A stretch of DNA of 57,245 nt, the filler included, from Sluysia triapertura (taxonomy: Eukaryota): the NCBI GenBank assembly GCA_046118255.1. It is 4 parts of 4 records of this genome, joined end to end, with 100 filler letters (N's around TTAATTAATTAA, not from the genome) between each part and the next. Parts side by side here need not be neighbours in the genome. Positions count along the whole stretch, not along the records: positions 13,305 to 28,403 come from JBJNIA010239550.1; 3 more parts are not named here. One strand, given 5' to 3'. The notes beneath the pieces were generated by a model. It was not told the DNA's origin. It did not search any database and worked only from the letters and a program-made list of their open reading frames with translations. Positions 14,671 to 26,384 of the stretch are shown here, one piece after another (position 1 is the stretch's first letter; the number at the start of each line of letters is the position of its first letter). A program made the position numbers and the translations under genes.

Positions 14671-17555
14671 AATTGTCAACGGTCAAAGTGGCTAGACCGA
14701 AACAACTGGCAATTAATGGTACCTTAACCGTGCCGCTCACCTTTACTGATTTTAAATATCCCAAACTGGATTTTCTAATAGACACTGGAGCTGCTGTGTC
14801 CGTAATCCCTCAACGTATTTAAAATAACAGCACAGACACGCTCTTTTCTTACAGCAGCTATGGCTGCAGAAAGCTACAATTTAAATTGCCACACTTCAAT
14901 AAAATCTTCGAATGGACTTTCTTAATTGCCGCAGTCCAGCAACCGATAATAGGAGCCAATTTTCTAACGCATTACAAAATCCTAGTCGATTGCCACAATA
15001 AAACCTTATTAAAGTCCATCGAAGAACTTAATCATATTAAAATCAAACTTGAGGATCTCAATCACAGCAACATAGCTCAATACTTACAACAGATCCATCC
15101 CAAACTATTACTTGAACAATTCAACGCAGAATACGTTCCTAAATCAGAACACTTTATAAAAACTATACCTACATCATCGTACAGACAAAGACGACGAGAA
15201 CTCGCACAAAAAATACGCAGAGACAGAATTCCTTGAAATGGAAAGACAAGGAATAGTGCGACCCTCTTCTTCTTCATGGGCCGCACCTGTGAAAATCGTC
15301 AAGAAGAAAGATGGAATAATAAGGATATTCAGTGACTACAGGATGCTTAATAAACTCACTGTTCCAGACGCATATCCTATGCCACTCATAACAGACATCT
15401 TTCACAGATTCACTGGTTGCACAATATTCTCTTCAATAGACCTCGCAAAGGCTTATCATCAAATCCCAGTACATATTGAGGATATACCAAAAACAGCCGT
15501 AACAACTCCTTCCGGCCTGTTTGAGTATTTACGCATGCATTTCGGTCTACAGAAATGCAGCACAAATATTTCAGCGTCACATCGATCAAGTTCTTCAAGG
15601 CCTAACCTTCACCACAACTTATATTGACCTCATCATAATTGCCTCCAGAGATTTCAAACAACATCAAACATATCTGGAACACGTATTTCAATGAATTTCG
15701 GACAATAATTTAAAAATCAAAATCAACAAATGTCAATTTTTCAAAAATAAGATCACTTTTCTAGGCCACAACATTTCTGTTGACGGGATAGAACCACAAC
15801 AACCATAAGAGACTTCCCTCAACCTAAAACAGTTACACAATGAGGGGTTTCTTAGGCCTAGTTAATTATTGTCGGCGTTTCATCCCGAAACTATCAGAAA
15901 CAATAGCACCACTAACTGCACTGTCATCGAGAAAGAAAAATCAACAAATCAATTGGAATACCAAATCTCTGGAATCCTTCGAACAAACAAAACAAGCAAT
16001 TATGAAGATGGAAAGTTTAGCATTTCCCCAACAACATTTACCGTTCTCCTTAACAACTGATGCTTCAAATACAGCAATAGGTGCGGTATCAAAATCAACA
16101 AGCGACAACCAGACCAATCGAATTTTATTCCCATAAACTTTCTGCTCGACAAACTAGATATTCGACATTCGACCGTGAATTATTAGCAATCTATCTTTCC
16201 GTTAAAAATTTTGAGTATCTATTACTCCCAGCACAATTCACGCTCGGAACAGACCACAAACCGTTGTTGCATATCTTTACAATGAAAAACCTCACTCCAA
16301 GACAACAACGACACATCAGCTACTTGTACCAATTCAATTTTAATATAGAATTCATCCCAGGACAATAAAACGTGGTCGCTGATGCACTATCACGTGTAGG
16401 TTTAAACAGCATCGAATTTCAATCAATATTCACTGTCGAGGAGTTACAAAATAATTCTCCATCCAGTCTAGAAATCTCCAAATTTTCAACAAAACCACCA
16501 TTACAAAATAGAATTTTCTATGACTATCAATTATCCGGTACTTCTCGACCAGTACTAGGAATGTCAACTCGGATAAGAGCTTTTGAACATATTCATAATA
16601 TGACACACGCCGGAGCTAAGGCCACATATCAATTACTACACTCAAAAGTAGTATGGCCTTCAATGTGCCAAAACATCAAACACTGGTGTAAAGCCTGTTT
16701 GACTTGTCAATCGGTGAAAATTCACAAAAACATAAAACCTCAAACGCTTCACTTTCCCACAGGCCAACTCTTTGATACCATACATATGGATATAGTCGGA
16801 CCACCACCACAATCTCGTGGTTACACTTACATCTTAACTATACTGGACCGACACAGCAGATGGCCCGAAGCGTTTCCAATCAGATCATTTACAACGGACA
16901 CCATATCCAGGATCTTAATAACAAACTGGATTTCACGTTTCGGTGTACCCAAAAGAATTATCACCGATCAAGGAGCTCAATTCGAGTCTAGCCTCTTCGA
17001 CAGTTTACTCAAACAACTCGGCAGCGCTAGACTACGAACAACTTCATACCACCCGCAATCTAATGGTATGATAGAAAGAACTCTCAAAAACTCCTTGCAC
17101 GCATTATCAATAAATCATAATTGGGTAGATGCTTTACCCCTAATTTTATTAGGCTGGCGCAATATCCCTCATTCTTCAACAGGATATTCTCCAGCTCAAA
17201 TTGTATTAGGAACCAACACCAGAATACCTTCGAATTGTTCGAAAATGATAACCCTTCAGAAAAAATATATTCACCTCACTTGCGGCGATATTTTAACGAG
17301 CTAAACAAATCAACACTTCACATCGAGATTCCTCATATTTTCACACCAAAAAATATATTAGACAGCAAATTCGTGTGGCCCAAATCAGAAAATCCAAAAT
17401 CTCTTCAACCAGGATACACCGGTCCCTACAAAGTCATTCAGTTTAATCCAAATAACAATACAGCTTCAATTAATATCCATGGACAGTCTAAAATAGTAAA
17501 CTGGTGTAAACTAAAACCTGCAACAATGCTAGTTGAACAACAAAAAAATCAGTAA
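14671..17555 (+). pseudogene. pol: Ty3/Gypsy pol (PR-RT-RNaseH-IN), multiply frameshifted
   Basis: protease FLIDTGAAVSVIP (14772-14810); RT YPMP..FSSIDLAKAYHQIP..KTAVTTPSGLFEY; RNaseH LTTDASNTAIGAV..YSTFDRELLAI..TDHKPL; integrase HHCC, IHMDIVGP..ITDQGAQF..NGMIER and GPY/F module YTGPYKV; Gypsy domain order. Confidence 0.97.
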
Positions 17556-17660
17556 CCTTTAACAACACTGCTACCTTACTAAACGAACAAAGATTACATA
17601 TAATTCAACTGAAGATACCAGACCCAATCTGTAACTAAACATATATGGCTCCGCATCTTC

Positions 17661-17672
17661 AGAGGGGGCTGA
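17661..17672 (+). other. Polypurine tract (PPT)
   Basis: agagggggctga immediately before TGTGGTGG, about 100 bp after the integrase end. Confidence 0.8.
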
Positions 17673-18746
17673 TGTGGTGGCCAACACTCATAATCATTAA
17701 AAATTTATTAAAATTTCACAACATACAAATCATAATCATACTCAACATTATCAATTTACAATAGCTATTTCATAAAAACATAACTCAATATTCACAATAA
17801 TCAAACAATAAACTCATTCGAAATAATATATCTAATACTCCCAAACCATTCATCTTACACTACATTTTGACATTTAATATCTAACAATCCATAACATTCA
17901 TTTAATAGTTTATTCTCTCAAACCAAACCACAATCACAACTTATAACATACAAACCACAAATACATTTAATACCATTTCACAACATCAATAAATTTACTC
18001 GAAACATATAAAATACTTATGTCACACCTTTGAATCAATTACAACACTCCAAACCCACTTTTCATCTACGCATAACCATCATCAACATTTTACAACAACA
18101 TTGTAAATATGCCAAGATTTATTTTGTAATTGCCTTTTAAATTCAATAAACTATAACCTTTTCAACAAGCCTCTCAAACCATTATATTCAATGCATAAAT
18201 CGTGTTTTCAACTATAAACCTCAATTAAATCTCAAGAACTTATTCTAACATTCTTTATTTCACTTTCAACTCAAATCATTCTATATCTTCAAAAGTTTAA
18301 AGTAAATCTAATACAGCTTTAAAGAATTCAATTTCATAAAATGAAACAGCAACAATAACTCGAGCATAGTATGCTCCGTTATCGTTGCTCTTTCATACAA
18401 TATCAGCAATCTTTATTTTATTTTACATTTTTATATGTTAGAAAGCAAAGGATTAAAAGAAAAGTTCATGTGTTTTTAAAGAAAAGATTTATGTATTATG
18501 TCATTAATAATAGTATTAACAATATTATTATTGTTATTGCTATTATTATTACCTCATATTAAAAAATTGAATTCAATTAATATTAATCAACCTGATCGCT
18601 ACCATCACCAGTGTTGACACAATGTATAACAATTCTCATTAATGTGTCAACACTGATGATGACCAATCATCGGCACTAACACTTTTTGCATACCACCCAA
18701 TCAGAGTTCATACTATTAAATATTCTTTCTTAGGCTCTGATTGGGT
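17673..18746 (+). mobile_element. LTR-like unit, copy 1 (G-poor body plus terminal two-hairpin region)
   Basis: starts TGT after the PPT; colinear similarity to 38181-39284 (gtggccaacactcataat; ttattttgtaat; tcaaaccatt.tat.caatgc.taaatc.tgtttt; ttattctaacattctt.atttcactt; both hairpins). The true 3' end is uncertain (about 18360 or about 18652). Confidence 0.8.
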
Positions 18747-19303
18747 AAGCTAAAAATAATTATATGGAGTTAAAAATAAAAATGTTACAATATCAAGAAC
18801 ACACAAAAATAAACTTTATGTATTTAATTTTTATGATCTCTTTTAAAAATGTTATATGTTTTGGAATATTTCACATAATGTTAGCAACAGTTATCGTCAC
18901 ATCATGGGAAACATTCGTTAATAATACTATTATAGCTATAATACGTTATTTTTTAAATTTTCATGTCAATTTCTCTGCTAATACAAAATCAAAATTAGAT
19001 TATATTATCAATACGATAAATTCAGAATAAAGAAAAGATTTTATATTTAACATTAAAGAAAATTTCATCTATTTTGATCATGCTTCAATGAATAATATTT
19101 ATAATACCTTTATATTACGTTTAATAATACCTTAATTAGTTCAAAAATCTATCACCTTAAGTAATGAGGTACAAGATTATTTTATATATTTCTCAACTTG
19201 TATTTTCACAATTTCAATTTGTGTTACGACAATTTATGGATGTATTCAAGTAAAACCGTCACGTATTATTTTATACCTTTGCATTGAAGTTTTTTATTTT
19301 ACA

Positions 19304-20246
19304 ATGAATACGGTAACAATTACAACTGAATATTCAGGAATAGCTTTGAAAATTGAATATGATAAACAAAATCGGCATACAACCTACTTCCGATCGAATT
19401 ATCGAACGCGTCACAGTAATGCAGTAATATTTATACTTGAATCAATGCCATTGTTTTTAAGTTTCTACATTCTAAATGTTATTTGGGTTTGTTACAAATT
19501 TCGCTCAAGAATAAAACGGCTCAAAACTCGATTCTGGTTTCTCAATGTTAAACACTTTAGTAGTCGAAAGATTGTCAAATTTAGGATTTTGTCGTTGCTT
19601 CCTAAAACGAAGTGGAGATGAACAATCACCGTTATTTATTGTAGATAATTCTGTTATATTTAATGCATCTAATCCAACTAAGCGATTTAGCCATATAGAA
19701 TCATTAGAAAAGAATAAATTTCTCAAATGTTTTTATAAAGTTAAACAAGTAAATATAGAAATTGATAATCCCATTGAAAATACACATAGTGTTAAACGAA
19801 CAAATGTTAAAACGAAGAAACGAATTACTAATTTGTCAAAGTACGCTTGGTACTTGAATCTAAAAGATGACGTCACTATTCCGAATGGAACTTCACGATC
19901 ATTTAACAAAATTAACCAGCAACAACATCCATTCATTCAAAGATTTGTAAAGTTATCCCTAAATTGTCTAAACTCTAATGCAATGGAGATAAGAAAGACA
20001 CAAGTTCTTAACCAATTCCAATTATATTTTCAAATTTTAGTCGCAGATCTAGTGGAAGATACAGATGGTGGTTATCACTTAAAGAAGATAGCAATAGAAA
20101 AATTTTATTCTTTTTCTTATCATTACTTTAACCATGTATCTTATTTAGAATTATGTTCCAGACCTGAATTTGGCGATATGCCCAGCGATGCAGTCGAGAA
20201 AATGTTTGTGTACAAAAAAATCAGTTTCCGAGTTATTAAATTTTAG
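19304..20246 (+). pseudogene. Intronless orphan ORF, probably one frameshifted gene (105-aa and 233-aa pieces)
   Basis: long overlapping same-strand ORFs in very AT-rich DNA; no motif recognised. Confidence 0.5.
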
Positions 20247-20593
20247 TAACAAATTTCTTAAATTATTGAATATGTTAATAAATATTAGTTTAGTTATATT
20301 TAATCAATTATTAGTTAATAAAATTATATATAAATTTCAAAACTTTGTATATTTTAAAAAGATAAAAGGCTCAATGATTTATTTCGCCCCCAACAATCCA
20401 ATAAATAAAAACTCAATCTATTATTCAGTAATACTAATTAAAATTTCGACATGTGTATGTCGAAATCTTAAACAAATGATATTTTTAAACGCAAAAAAAT
20501 TCGGGATACTCAAAATTTTACGCTCAGAGACAATAATCATTTAAATTCGTTCTACAAACGCGATAACACTATACAGATAAATTTGATAATGTA

Positions 20594-20863
20594 ATTGTCA
20601 TAATAATATTCATGTCATAATAATATTCATAATAAAATGTATTGGTATTTTAATTTAATATTCATGCCATAATAATATTCATAATAAAATGTATTGGTAT
20701 TTTAATTAAATAATATTCATGTATTGGTATTTTAATTAACAGAAAAATAACATTAATATTTTAATTTAATTTATAATATTTATTTTCGTTTTTCATAATA
20801 TAATATTGGTATTTTAATATTAGTATTCATTTATTTAGATCTAGGAATAAAGTAATAAATAAA

Positions 20864-20907
<44 letters not shown>

Positions 20908-21270
20908 ATTATTATTATTATTCAATTAATATTGTTGTAGAAAAATTATTACTATTCAGAAAATTGTTAGAAAAGTATATTAACAGAACAAAATTTGTAT
21001 AGAAAAATTGTACCAATTAAAATTATTAAATTTTTGTACTGCTTATTTTATTAATTGTTGTAATAAAATATTTAGAAAAGTATATTAACAGAACAAAATT
21101 TATATAGAAAAATTGTACCAATTAAAATTATTTAGAACAGAATTAAATTCTATTTTTGTACTGTTTATTTTATTATAGAATTAAATTTTAACTATTTTGT
21201 ACTGTTATTAAATAATTATCAAATAAAATTATATATAGAATTAAATTTTAACTTTTTGTACTGTTATTAT
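20594..21270. repeat. Local tandem duplications and (ATT)n tract
   Basis: repeated cataataatattcat and aataaaatgtattggtattttaatt units; about 60-bp direct repeat at about 20968 and 21073; ATT run at about 20868-20922. Confidence 0.8.
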
Positions 21271-23237
21271 TTGTCAGAATTTTATATTTATTGAAAGTGG
21301 AATTGAGTATAAAAAGAGACATTAATCATATTACAAGCATTATTTGTGGATCAAGCTACTATATTGTGATTCTTGATCGAGTTATCAGTCATTTTTTTGG
21401 TTGATCGAATTACCAAACATAACAAATCATTTCTTGTTACCAGTCATTTTTCGTTGATCGAACTACAGACTATTGCAAATTATCTTCAACCAGTATACTA
21501 ATAAAGGAATTTCGAAACTTGTTAAAATTGACTGTGAGTAACTCTTTATTGTTTTATTTTTATTTCTACGATCTATTAATAAAATTAAATATATTTAATT
21601 AATCATTAATAAATAATTTTTTGATTTTGTTTTGTTTTTTAATTTTGCATAAATTAAATCTGAACTTAAAAACACTTAAATAAAGTTAAAATAAACAATT
21701 TATTAATCTTTTAATAAACTAAACCATCCAAGTAAGAGTGACACCATAGATAAAGATTATTACTATCAAATTTTGAAGCACTTTCATCCTGATCAGCAAG
21801 GACGAGTATATTCACCCATACCTCCAGTAAACTCTACGAATAGTAAACAAAGTTAACATTAAAAATATTCGAGTTTAGTATCAGTTGAAATATTGTATAA
21901 GTATATATAAATAAACTTATTACAGTACTATTACCTTTAATCAAAAACTTATTAACTAAATTTAACTTATATTTATTCAAATCAAAAAACAAATAAAGCT
22001 AAAACTAAATTCATCTATTTTGATTATCTTTAGATAAAAAATATCTTTACACATAGTTTAAACAACTTTTGAATATGCTTGGATAAGTTTTCATGTGTTC
22101 TAAAAAAATATAAGTATAAAAATTGATTTAAATCAAAATAAATTAAGACAAAATTTAAAATCACCTCTAACTCATCTCGCATCACTAAATCAGATGGCAG
22201 GTTAATACAGTTATAGTTAGTAATACTAGCAGCACTAATAGATAAGTTCTTCATTTCAGGTATGAAACATGGTTTTAGTGGATCTGGAAAAAATAAAATA
22301 TGAAAAAGGTTTTGATAGAATGTGGTTTTATGTGAGATATTAAATTAAAATGTTAAATTAAATTTAAAACGTTTTGAATTAATTTTTTAAGTATATCTTT
22401 GATGAATTTCGATCTTGAGTATGATCTTGATGCTATGAAATTTTATGTATAGAATGTTTGAAAGTATTAAGAATTATGAAATGTTCTGAAGAGTGATTTT
22501 GTTTTGTATTTTGAAATAAAATTTTTAAAATATTGGGTTGGTCACCACAACAAAAACTAATTAAAATTTAAAGTGAATTTTTTATATTTCTTTTAAAATA
22601 AAATTGCTTAAACGAAATTTAAATAAACTAACGAATATGTAATTAAATATTGTTGTAAAAATGATTGCTGTAATTCTTGTCTTCAAAATATAATTATTAT
22701 TGTTACTACTATCGATTTATAAATATTAAATATTAAATATTAATCCGTAAAATGAATCTCAAAATTTATAAAAATGTCTTTCAAAAATGATTCACAAGTT
22801 TGTGATGCGTAATTGTGATATACTTTTTTACTAATGGATGATTTAAAATTTATAGTTATTTTTCTGTTAAGGTCATTTGATCTTTGATGCTAAATTGGTG
22901 TGATGACTCATGCTTAATACTAGGTTCAATAGTACTTAATCATAATAACATTAATGTTTCTAGTAATATTTAATAATTTTGTTTTTTTTATAATGAAAAT
23001 AATATAATTTTTAATAAATAATTTAGTAATACTTTTAATAATAAATTTAATAATTTAGTAACTAATAATTAGTTATATAACAAATAATATAATGTTAATA
23101 ATAATAGTAATCAATAATAACCATTTAATCATTATTAGATTTAAAATATTATGTTAATTACAACACTAATGAAATTATTACATTATGAAATATTACATTA
23201 TAAAATCAAATTATTACATTAACAGTAACAAACTGAA

Positions 23238-24130
23238 ATGGGAATTTTAGAACGACGCCTAATAACCCTGGTAATATCAATATATTCATGAAGAACATTT
23301 ATTTGGGACATATTCAACGATGTCGACTTAAATATAACACATTCCATATTGAAAATCATTTCAAAACTTTTTAAACCTTTTCTTTCAATTTTTATACAAA
23401 ATTGGACAATTCATTGGAATTATTATTTAACAATTTTTTGAAAGGATCAACATTGTACATAATTTTAAAACAAAGCACAAAATAATTATACTTTAAAGAC
23501 TTTATTATTTTTGATTTTTCATTGATTCCCGTTATGTAAAATTAAAAAAGTCTACCAATTTAGGTTAAATATTTCTTTAAAAAAATTCAAATGTTTCTAA
23601 ATGCTCATACGTTCTATAAATTTTATACGTACTTATAATGACTAATAATTTAAATTTCCTTGTAAACTTGTGTTCCTAATAATATTCAATATCCTTACTT
23701 TGTTTTACTTTTAACTATGCCAAATTCTAAATTCTTTAATGTAACATTCACAAATTGTTATTACTCTTCTAATATTTCTGAATGGCTTCTTAACATTTGC
23801 TAATACGAACTTTCGGTTTGTAATGATAATCTAGATGTCTTTACTTATTTTACTTTTTATCAACTAGTAGTAACAATTATAATCCTAAATGGGTTCGCCT
23901 ATGATATACGGTTTGTATCCCAAGGAAGACGTATTCAAGAAATTCCTTCGTAAAGTAACTTTAATAACTTAGATGCGTAAAGAATCTATAATTATATAAA
24001 TTCTCTAAATGATATATCATATAATAAGTTTTTTCCTTTTAGAATGACTATTCTAACACTGATTTATTACTAAAAATTCTTATTAATTTTATTTGTAATA
24101 AACTTTACTTTCTTTAAAGCAATTTAAGAA
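23238..24130 (+). pseudogene. Decayed hydrophobic ORF, related to 37560-38143
   Basis: frame from 23702 reads ...FNVTFTNCYYSSNISEWLLNIC*...VVTIIILNGFAYDIRF...; nucleotide match gatatacggttt...agacgtattca with 37690-37727. Confidence 0.4.
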
Positions 24131-24192
24131 ATGTATAATTCACAAAAAATATTTATTACTAAAGAAAAACAATCGTATAAAAAATTTCAATG

Positions 24193-24194
<2 letters not shown>

Positions 24195-24246
<52 letters not shown>
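24195..24246. repeat. (AAT)n microsatellite
   Basis: perfect AAT run. Confidence 0.95.
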
Positions 24247-24247
<1 letters not shown>

Positions 24248-25653
24248 GATATTAAATAACAACAAAATAGTAAAGCAATATTTCCTAGTACTTTTAATAA
24301 ATACAAATTTTAAAGAGATTTTAATCCAGGCGAATGCTTTTATGTTTTAATTTATAATATTTTACGTGGATTTTAAAGCTATCAAAAGTGAAGCTAAACA
24401 CTTAATAACAATCAGCTTACTTATTCATGGAAAATAATATAAGTTTCCGGTTTGGTTAATAAAAGTTTTTCACAAGTTTGATTTGAATAAATATTCTACC
24501 AAGTAAACTATTATTTCAGTTAAGTCTAATTTCCACTAATTTATCTTATCGAAATGTTCGACGAAATGAACGATTATTCCAAATATCTTCTTTGTAGTAG
24601 TAAGAATTGTAAGGTCAGAAAAATATTAGTAGTTATTAATTGAATAATTGTAACTTATTCAATTGTCTGGAGAATCAAGCTATAAAGATACTTGGAGATT
24701 TTACTGCTCAAATACCAACTCATTTCTCTTTGATTCAAGATTTTTTAAAATTTATCCAAAAGTTAATTATTGTTAAGATTCTTTTCTTTTAAAATCAAAT
24801 CCCACGGAAATATCCGAGATAATTTTAATCTTTTGGGTAATTACTCATAAAATTTATGAAATGTTCATTATCAAAAATAAAACTGTAAAACATGGGCTTA
24901 TGGTCTAGCCCACTACTACGTACACACCACATAAATCACAACAATCACCTCATCACAAAAATACAGGTTGGTGGTTGACTGCGTTGCTCGTGATGCTATC
25001 TTGCATCGGTTTGAATGTTTAACTTTTGATTTCGTTGTCTTTTCGGTTTCGTGTCTTGTAGTGAATGAATTTAAATTAAAATTATCAGATTTAAGTTTAC
25101 TATCATTAAATTTTTTTGATTTTGTTGAGAGAGAGGGTTTGTTATGTAGTGTAAGTGGTGAAGTGTTATATGTTGGATGTATTTGTGTGGGGTATGTGTT
25201 CATTTTGTTTGTGAAAGTTTGTCTAAATGTGGTATGTGTGATTTATTGTGTCGGATGATTTGTTTCGAAGTGGTGGTTGTGCAGTATAAGGTGTTGTGTA
25301 GTATAAGTGTTTTGCCTTGTGATCTTGCAAGTGTGCTGAAGTATTTTGTATTGATTCTGTAGGGTTTAGAATTGTTTTGTTGAGGTTAGTGCATGTATAG
25401 TTGACAGGTGATTGACTTGTTTTTAGCGAGATGTTGTTATTTGTTAGTGTATAACCTGCATATATTTCAGATATGAATCTAACAAAAAATCGCCAGATCT
25501 ATTTATATCCATTACTATCTATTTTCTTGTTTTGTAAAATATATAAATATTAAATATATAAAAATTACAAATAGTTAATTGTCAAAAACTACTAAAAATT
25601 ATAAAAATGATGGTTAGAATGTTCATTAGAATTATGAAAAATATAATTTTATT

Positions 25654-26325
25654 TCATTTATTGAAAGTATCAGTTTGGTGTGGTTGGGTTTGACACTGTT
25701 TTAGTTTGCATGGATTATGCCACAGATTTAAAAGTGATAGTATTTCATAAATTAACTTATTATTAGCCGACTTTATAGATGAAGGATTAAACCATGTGTC
25801 TATGTTTAAGATGTGCGTCAAAGTTGAGGACGTATTATTAATTTCAATAGAGCAATACTTATTAGACATTAATTTAAAGGGTGAAAGTATGCATGAAAAA
25901 TTGACTTTGTAGTTATAAAGTTTAAGTTTTAATGTTTTACTAGTTAATACATTGTTTTTCTCATTTAATGTACTCATTGAAACTAGTATTAAACTTTTAT
26001 TTAAATTATAATAACAATAATTCGTAGTTGTTGAATCTTTCAACCTAATGATTTTGATGCGTCTGGTTTGTGATGGCCGAGGTATGTTTGTGTAGATATC
26101 AAAATAAATTTTTATGTAATACAAATCGAAAATTAAAATTCCAGTATTAAGAAAATTGGACTTAAGGTCCTTGTAACTAAAGCAATTATGCACTTTAAAT
26201 TGATTAAAGAAATTAACATCGTTATTAAACTTTATTTTACGGGTTAACAATTTAGAATTATTAAAGAAACAATAATGTAAACACATATATTTAACTTGAG
26301 TCATAATTTTATAAAAATAACACAA
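25654..26325 (-). CDS. Intronless orphan ORF (223 aa, likely start MTQVKY)
   Basis: open 670 bp, co-oriented and about 60-80 bp downstream of the 343-aa ORF; no family recognised. Confidence 0.45.
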   Translation of the reverse strand: MCYFYKIMTQVKYMCLHYCFFNNSKLLTRKIKFNNDVNFFNQFKVHNCFSYKDLKSNFLNTGILIFDLYYIKIYFDIYTNIPRPSQTRRIKIIRLKDSTTTNYCYYNLNKSLILVSMSTLNEKNNVLTSKTLKLKLYNYKVNFSCILSPFKLMSNKYCSIEINNTSSTLTHILNIDTWFNPSSIKSANNKLIYEILSLLNLWHNPCKLKQCQTQPHQTDTFNK

Positions 26326-26384
26326 ATGAGTATTTTTTACTACAACAAAGTATTGATAGTCGTCACAGATCTCAAATAAATTAG

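Noticed and set aside
20594-21480. CRISPR-like repeat-spacer array
   Set aside because: Repeats are irregular AT-rich tandem duplications without unique equal-length spacers; eukaryotic context with no cas genes.
21707-21856. J-domain-like peptide KDYYYQILKHFHPDQQ
   Set aside because: About 50 codons with no start or clear acceptor; helix II between the motifs is missing; likely chance.
22030-22290. Minus-strand terminal exon (DPLKPCFIPEMKNLS...) behind a good ttttccag acceptor
   Set aside because: No upstream exon or protein family could be identified; left unannotated.
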